64,000 nucleotides of DNA from the human T2T-CHM13v2.0 reference genome, Homo sapiens: the NCBI RefSeq assembly GCF_009914755.1, contig NC_060932.1; one strand, written 5' to 3'. Numbering within the stretch: the stretch's first letter is position 1; each line of letters begins with the position of its first letter. Positions 54,898-64,000 of the stretch are shown here, in pieces. A program made the position numbers and the translations under genes. Under the pieces are notes generated by a model. That model was not told the origin of the DNA. It searched no databases and saw nothing but the letters and a program-made list of their open reading frames with translations.

Positions 54898-55643
54898 TTG
54901 GTTCACCCACCAGTAACATTGCTCTCACCATTTTTCCTACCAGAAAAATTAGCAATTGTATAACTGCAATAGGACGGGGACTCTCCATACTCCACCTGCC
55001 ACAAACATTATGGTCCTCACTGCCAGCCTTCCAGCAGGTGATCTACCTACCTCTCAAGCCCTGTTTTTAGGGGTTGTTTCCTAGGACCTCTCCCAGTACC
55101 AAATGTTACACATTGGGTTCCCAGAGAAACAGACCCTGGGACTCTAAGAATGGTGAGAACAAGCACTCCGTTGGGAAGTGCTCTCAAAACCAAAGCTGGT
55201 GAAGAAGCAAGAGAAGTAGACTTGGGTGACAAGAGAAGTTGAACTGCTTCAAGGAGTGCTGGAGCTGGGATGACCCTTCATAGAGGTCCTGAACTAAAAC
55301 AAGGGGCCTGGCCTTTGTAGTTTCACATAAACCAGTCATGGGGTGCAGGGGAGGAGGCACACACTTGGGTAAGGTGGCTTCCTTTGACCAAGCATAATTC
55401 ACTAAGAAGGGGATAGCTGTGAGCTACCAGCAGCCAACACTCCAAGCATTTGGGAGCTTGAAGGATGGCACACCACAGTATCAACTGCAGCCTGGGTCAC
55501 AGCTTCCCTGCCAAGAAAGCACAAATTCTTCCTCCTCCTGTTCTACTGGGAATTGCCAGGGGAAGTTTATTAGCATATCCTCTAAGAGAAAACACGCCAG
55601 AGGCCAGGAGTAGGGGGATGGCAGGGACACATATAATCACCTG

Positions 55644-56141
55644 TCACACCTATAATCCTATAATAGCAGCACTTTGGGAGGCCCAGGCAGGAAGATTGCT
55701 TGAGGCCAGGTGTTCAAGACCAGCCTGGGCAACATAGCTGGACCTCATCTCTACAAATATATTTTAAAATTAGCCAAGGTATGGTGGCGCATACCCGTAG
55801 TCCCAGCTACTAGAGAGGTAAAGGCTAGAGCAAGCTTGTCTAACCAGTGGCCCATAGGCCACATGCAGCCCAGGACAGCTTTGAAAGCAGCCCAACACAA
55901 ATTCATAAGCTTTCTTAAAACTTTTTGAGATTTTTTTTTTTTTTTGCAATTTTTTTTAGCTTATTAGCTATCATTGCCATTAGTGCATGTTATGTGTGGC
56001 CCAGGGAAGCCAAAAGATTGCACACCCCTGGGCTAGAGGATCTCTTGAACCCAGGGTTTCTAGACTGCAGTGAGCTATGATTGTGCCACTGAACTTTAGC
56101 CTGGGTGACAGGGCAAGGCCCTATCTGGAAAAAAAAAAAAA
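55644..56141 (+). mobile_element. AluJ interrupted by MER30
   Basis: Left arm, linker and right-arm start run to 55830; the right arm resumes at 56031 and ends in poly-A. Confidence 0.88.
55831..56030 (-). mobile_element. MER30 (hAT-Charlie non-autonomous DNA transposon)
   Basis: Ends CAAGCTTGTCTAACC...GATTGCACACCCCTG; exact 8-bp TSD GGCTAGAG at 55823-55830 and 56031-56038. Confidence 0.9.
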
Positions 56142-56329
56142 TGCCCTAACCCTGCCCTTGGGCAGTTATCCTGTTTGTATCTCTTTCTTCAAACTTCCTT
56201 TGGAGATAACCACTTCTCTTCCACATATTCCTCGGCCTCAGCCTTATTCCTCATCTCTTCCCTTTTCTTTTTTTTTTTTAACCCTCTCATACCCTTGTTC
56301 CTAATAAACATTATTTGGTTAAAGACAAG

Positions 56330-56794
56330 TGTTATGGGTTGAATTTTGACTCCCCTGCCCCACTTCCTGACGTGGCGAATGTCTAAATCCCTAGTATCTC
56401 AGAATGTGGCCTTATTTCAAAATATGGCCTTTGCAGATGTAATGAAAGTAAGATCATTGGGGTGGGCCCCAATCCAATATGGCTGATGTCCTTACAAATA
56501 AAGGAAAGAAATGTAGACACTGAGAAGCACACAAACACAGGGAGAATGCCATGCAAAGATGAGGGCAAGAGCAGAGTGGTGCTTCTGCAAGCCAAGAAAC
56601 ACCAAGGACTGCCAGCAACTGCCAGAAGCCAGGCAGGAGGCACTGAACAGATTCTCCCCCAGACCTCAGAAGGAACCAGCCCTGCCAATTTCTCGATCTT
56701 GGACTTCCAGCCAATATGTTCCAGACAGTACATTTCTGCTGCATAAGCCACCAGTGTGGTACTTTTTTTATGGCACCCACAGGAAATGAGTACA
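56330..56794 (+). mobile_element. MLT1C-like solo LTR
   Basis: TGTTATGGGTTGAAT...TCAGAATGTGGCCTTATTT...CAAGCCAAGAAACACCAAGGACTGCCAGCAA...CTCAGAAGGAACCAGCCCTGCC. Confidence 0.85.
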
Positions 56795-57136
56795 GCAAGA
56801 TTGTAGCAAGGAAATAAAGTCAATGTAGAGAGTGAGGAGGGGAGCAGATTGGCATGTTCCCCCAGTGAGTGGCTCTATCAAAACCAGAGGGAGGAGCACA
56901 ACTTCCTCAATTTTATTTATCTGGTTTGAAATGCAGAGTAATAGGTAACTGTGCCCAGGGTGTGTTTGATAGAGTGGGCTCCCCAGTGAGTCTGTGGGGC
57001 ATCACTCTGCGATATTCTCATGCTCCTGAGTGCCGTGTGAGCTGTGGGACCCTCAAGAATGGAAAGATTTATGCAAAAGAGAGAAAAGGAAGGGCAGGGC
57101 AGGGCCTTCACACTCATCCAAAACTCTCTCTCTCTC

Positions 57137-57575
<439 letters not shown>

Positions 57576-58377
57576 CCTTCTTATCAAGACATCTGTTGCC
57601 AGCATGTTACTACCTTGGAGAGCCGAGTCCTCAGACAGCACTAAGTGTGGAGTTTGCCTGCCCACCAAGTTCCTCAACTCTCTCCACCATTCAGTGGGTG
57701 ACGTTGCGGGCAGAGGCTCTATGAAGTCAAGAGCCAGTACAAGCTTTTCATCATGGGAATGAGAAGGTACTGGCATCGCCTCAGCTACTGTTCTTTCCAC
57801 ACTCTCCAGCTTCTCCAGATAAAACACAGACACAGCCACATACCGGTGACAGAAAGAACCACTTCTTAGATCCTTATTTGTTCAGTAACCAAGAAGAATG
57901 GGTGACATTGCAAAGCACAGAAAATTGAGAATAAACTTAAGTTGTGTGTGGGTTGTGGGTTCTAATGTTGGCAGAGCACTTCACTTTTTCATCTATTATC
58001 CCATCTTGACTTCACAATAGCCACATAAGTTACAGAAGGAAGAATGATTCCCATTTAGCAAATGAAAAACCGGATCATAAAGAAATTAAAAGGGTATGTC
58101 AGACCTAAACAACTAGCAGAACTAGGCTGAAAGAGTTGAACTGTTTTTTAGATCAGCAATTCTACACCCCAACAATGGGTCACGATACATTGTATTATGA
58201 AATAATGGCTTCCGGGATTCATGTTAAAATGTTTGTGCTTTCTGTCAACCTAATTGATGTCAGTTAGAAAGATAAGAGGAGAATCGGTAATTTTTCTAAA
58301 TCTATGATTCCTTAAAGGTATATTTGGCATTTAAAACATATATATCCAAGGCAGTTTTTATTTCTAAACATTACTGA

Positions 58378-58718
<341 letters not shown>

Positions 58719-59756
58719 TAGCAAAAGGTATACCAAAAAGAATATTTGATGTTTAAAAGATAATATCCAAGTCAGTTTCGATTTCTAAACATTAGTAAGG
58801 TTTTAAAAAGCTTATGTGTCAAATTTTTGTCTGTAGCAAATATTGCTAACCCATGATTTTTAAAAAGCAGCAAGAGAACTTTCAGTTATGTAGTAACCTG
58901 CCCTGTGTCACTTCTGTCTTTGCAACTGCTGTGTGTATGTAACAGAAAAATGTGGTCATTGGGAGTTCATGGAGTCTATGATTCTATTTTGAGCCTTTTC
59001 CAAAGGTAATGAAGAAAGTCAGCATTTCTTCAAACTGCCCCAGCAGATTTGACTGACTAATAACTGACAGCCAAAAGAAACACAATTTTGTTCCAGAATG
59101 GATCAGGGAAAAGATTCCCCTCAAGGCAGTCATGCAAATACACCCTGGCCCACAATCACATGTCCTAGAGGAAATAGGGAAGTGGCGCAAATATATTTTA
59201 ACCACCGTTGAAGGCACTACACAGTATTTGTCCCATATTTCTTCTCCACTGTGTCCTTGTAGCAACAGTCATGACTCTTGCAGACTCCAAAAATCCATTG
59301 GCTAGCCACATTACGTTCCGAAACTTCAGCAAAGTAGTTCTCACATATAGTTTAGGTAACAGATGCCCAATTCTAGGTGTGGGTAGGGGGATGGATGGTA
59401 ATCATTTTGAACTACCATCATTTGGTATTTATTTAACCAGTGTGAAAAAATCAGAGTCAATTAGAGTTATTTAAATAAAAAGTTTGACAATGACATTTAG
59501 TCATAGTAAAGATCAGATGGCAGTCAGGATGGTTAAAACAGCATACGCAAGGAGCCCACAGTCCTGGATTTGACCCTCGCTGTACCTGGTAGTTTTCTTT
59601 TCCACCAATATTGCTGATAACTCTCCAGCCCTTCTGCCACCTGAAAATGCCAAGTATCTGGGCAAGAGGGGCCAGGGAAGTCAAAGCAAACCCATCAAGG
59701 TGCACACCCTGCTAGCAGTGGCATCTTCCCATACCACAGGAAGCAGAGATCAGAAT

Positions 59757-60536
<780 letters not shown>

Positions 60537-60685
60537 AGAGGTCAGGATCTTTAATGCTTTATACCTATTGTAGGTTAAGACTATATAAGAACTTAAATCT
60601 TCCCTATCTGATCCACAAGAGGGGCAGGAAGTAGAAACATGGGGGTGACCACTGTGCATTAAGGGGCAATGAGTAGTTAAGCCAC

Positions 60686-60812
60686 ACTTTCCAACATGGT
60701 AGCCATCAGCTACATGCGGCTTTGAGCATTTGGCATGTGGCTCACACAACTGAGAAACTGAATTTCAGTCTTATTTCATTCTCATCAATTTAAATTTAAA
60801 TAGACACCTGTG
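60686..60812 (+). mobile_element. MER3-like hAT MITE fragment
   Basis: TCCAACATGGTAGCCA...ACTGAGAAACTGAATTT...AATTTAAATTTAAATAG. Confidence 0.7.
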
Positions 60813-60887
60813 ATGGGATAGCATTGAGTTTGAAAAAGAGAAATAACAGAACCAGCAAAATAGTTCATATTTCTCAGAGATCTTTGA

Positions 60888-61257
<370 letters not shown>

Positions 61258-61698
61258 TATTATCTGCATTTTAAGCAGACATAAAAAAGATAAACGGATT
61301 CATTTATAGTCATTAGGTAGTTTATGAGAAAAGCATGCCTCCAACTCACAATTTCTGACAATCCGCTCCAAGCTTTATCCATGCTATCTGTATAATAATG
61401 ATGACAATAATGCATTAATGGCATAATTAATATTATGGACTGCTTGCTATACATGAGGAAGCTCGTTACATCTGTGGTTCTGTGCTTCCCAGCCGTTTCC
61501 ACATTGTGGCACTCAAAGAAAATGAAACCAGAGATACGGCACACCAGGGTAAGCTGGGGTAAACTATGCCCCTCCAGTGTGCCATCTGAAACAATCCATT
61601 ACACTCAATTTACATTTTATAATTAAGACAAAAATAAAATGCAGAGTAACAGGGTAGATATTCAATGTTGATCTTGTATAAAACTTCCAAATGTTTCA

Positions 61699-62110
<412 letters not shown>

Positions 62111-62347
62111 GAAATGGCTATGCACAATCCCTGACCCAAATGTTCTTAAGGTTGATCACTTGAATTCTTGGTGTTCACCCTTGGAGAGAAATTTTGTTCA
62201 CTCAAATAGGTAACACAATCTTTATACCATTTTTACAACCATTCAGAAATGTACACTTTGAAATAATAATCTAAATAAATTATAGCTAAAGAACCATAAA
62301 GTCTTTAACTGGCAAATATAACTTTGGAATTTTTGTAATAATGTTGG

Positions 62348-63010
62348 CTGTGTTTGTCTGTTTGCATTGCTATAAAGGAATACCCAAGGCTGGGTGATTT
62401 ATACAGAAAAGAGGTTTATTTGGCTCACAGTTCTGCAAGCTGTACAAGAAGCACAGCACCTGCCTCTGCTCCTGGTGAGGACCTCAGGCTGCTTCCACTC
62501 ATGGCGGAAGGTGAAGGGAGGAGGTGTGTGCAGACCACGTGGCAAGACAGGAGGCAAAAGAGAGAGGGGGAGATGCCAGGCTCCTTTCAACAACAAAGGG
62601 TGAGAACTCACTCATTCCCTGACCTATGCCACAGCACTATTCACAATAGCAAATACATGGAATCAACCTAAATGCCTATCAACAGTAGACTGGATAAACG
62701 AAATATGGTACATATATACCATGGAATACTAAACAGTCATAAAAAAAAGAATGAGATCATGTCCTTGCAGAAATATGGATGGAGCTGGAGGCCATTATCC
62801 TAAGCAAACTAATGCAGGAACCGAAAACCAAATACCACATGTTCTCACTTATAAGTGGGAGCTAAATGATGAGAACTCATGAGAATGGCATTGAGCAGTT
62901 CATGAGAGATCTGCCCTTATGACCCAAACACTTCCCTGTTGACTCCACTTCCAACACTGGGGATCAAATTTCCACATGAGACTTGGTGAGGCCAAACAAA
63001 CCATATACAA
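62348..63010 (-). mobile_element. MSTB-like LTR split by an L1 fragment (62618-62882, plus strand)
   Basis: TTGCATTGCTATAAAGGAATACC...GAGGTTTATTTGGCTCACAGTTCTGCA; resumes ...CATGAGAGATCTGCCC...CAACACTGGGGATCAAATTTC. Confidence 0.85.
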
Positions 63011-63404
63011 ATGACATGTCTACACATGCAACATATTTATCAGCTGGAAAGGTAAGAAAAGATTCAAAGAGCTACTCTGAAATATATATTTTGAAAACCT
63101 ATCTTGATAAGATGAAACTCAAAAGACTTTCCTAGTTTTCATAAATATAAGGTACAAACTAAAACATGTTCTGGCACATTCATGGCATCTATAAAATATT
63201 AAGCATGAAAAGGCGACCAGAGTTGGTGATTTTTGGCTTATGAGCAGCAGAACCTCATCAAACTTTTCTCAAAGAAAATCTTCAAAATCATGATGAAACT
63301 CTAATTTGTAGAGTGTATGTGCATTTTGGGTGGGTGGTCACCCTGCAGCTCGCTTAGATGACACTTTAAAAGGGCACATGGACCACAGACTGACAAGCAT
63401 CTGA

Positions 63405-63611
<207 letters not shown>

Positions 63612-64000
63612 TGACTCTCACCTGGAACTGGGCATACCAGGGATACCTGTGTCCCCTGCCAGGCTACCTGCAGGACACCTGTGTCCCCTGCCTGTACCTT
63701 GGGCACCTAGAGCATAAATGCCATGTGGTCCCTGGGCCCTTTGGCTAGGAGGGACAGAGGAGCATTCAGCACCTGGCTGCTGTCATAGATTTCAGGACCT
63801 CAGCCTGCAGGACTCCCCTCAGCACACTGCAGCGAAGCCAGTGCCTACGTCACTTGTCATGCTCAGTACCTGCAGGTAGGGCTGGCTTTGTGGGCATGCA
63901 ACCGATGTGACCGCAGAGAGCCATGTGCTCAGAAGGGCCTTGCAGTTGTTTAATGCTCTGTTGTCACCGACTTGAAATTCCTAATGACTTTTTAACAAGA

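Overview
Primate, very probably human, genomic DNA (AluY/S/J, L1PA, MaLR). The window holds the 5' part of EBF2 (Early B-cell Factor 2/COE2) on the minus strand. Coding exons 1-6 (131+157+64+56+74+69 = 551 nt) all have GT-AG boundaries and splice in frame. They encode the N-terminal part of the COE DNA-binding domain, including the HCCC zinc knuckle. Bases 1-20587 are intron 6, which continues beyond the window. About 26.9-39.8 kb is a CpG-island cluster free of Alu/L1. About 39.9-64 kb is transposon-dense upstream DNA that includes a decayed two-LTR ERV-L-class provirus. Nearly all ORFs in the supplied track are non-coding noise. I see no convincing new multi-gene system. The most unusual directly visible features are: a 21-nt duplication giving exon 3 two identical in-frame splice donors; a perfect spacer-less 132-bp AT-rich palindrome; a 48-bp-arm fold-back inside an intronic L1; an L1 fragment apparently copied in inverted orientation from a neighbouring locus together with its flank; and a CTCF-like motif near the edge of the CpG domain. 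Repeat subfamily names come from recognition of consensus sequences, not from a database search, and repeat ends are approximate.
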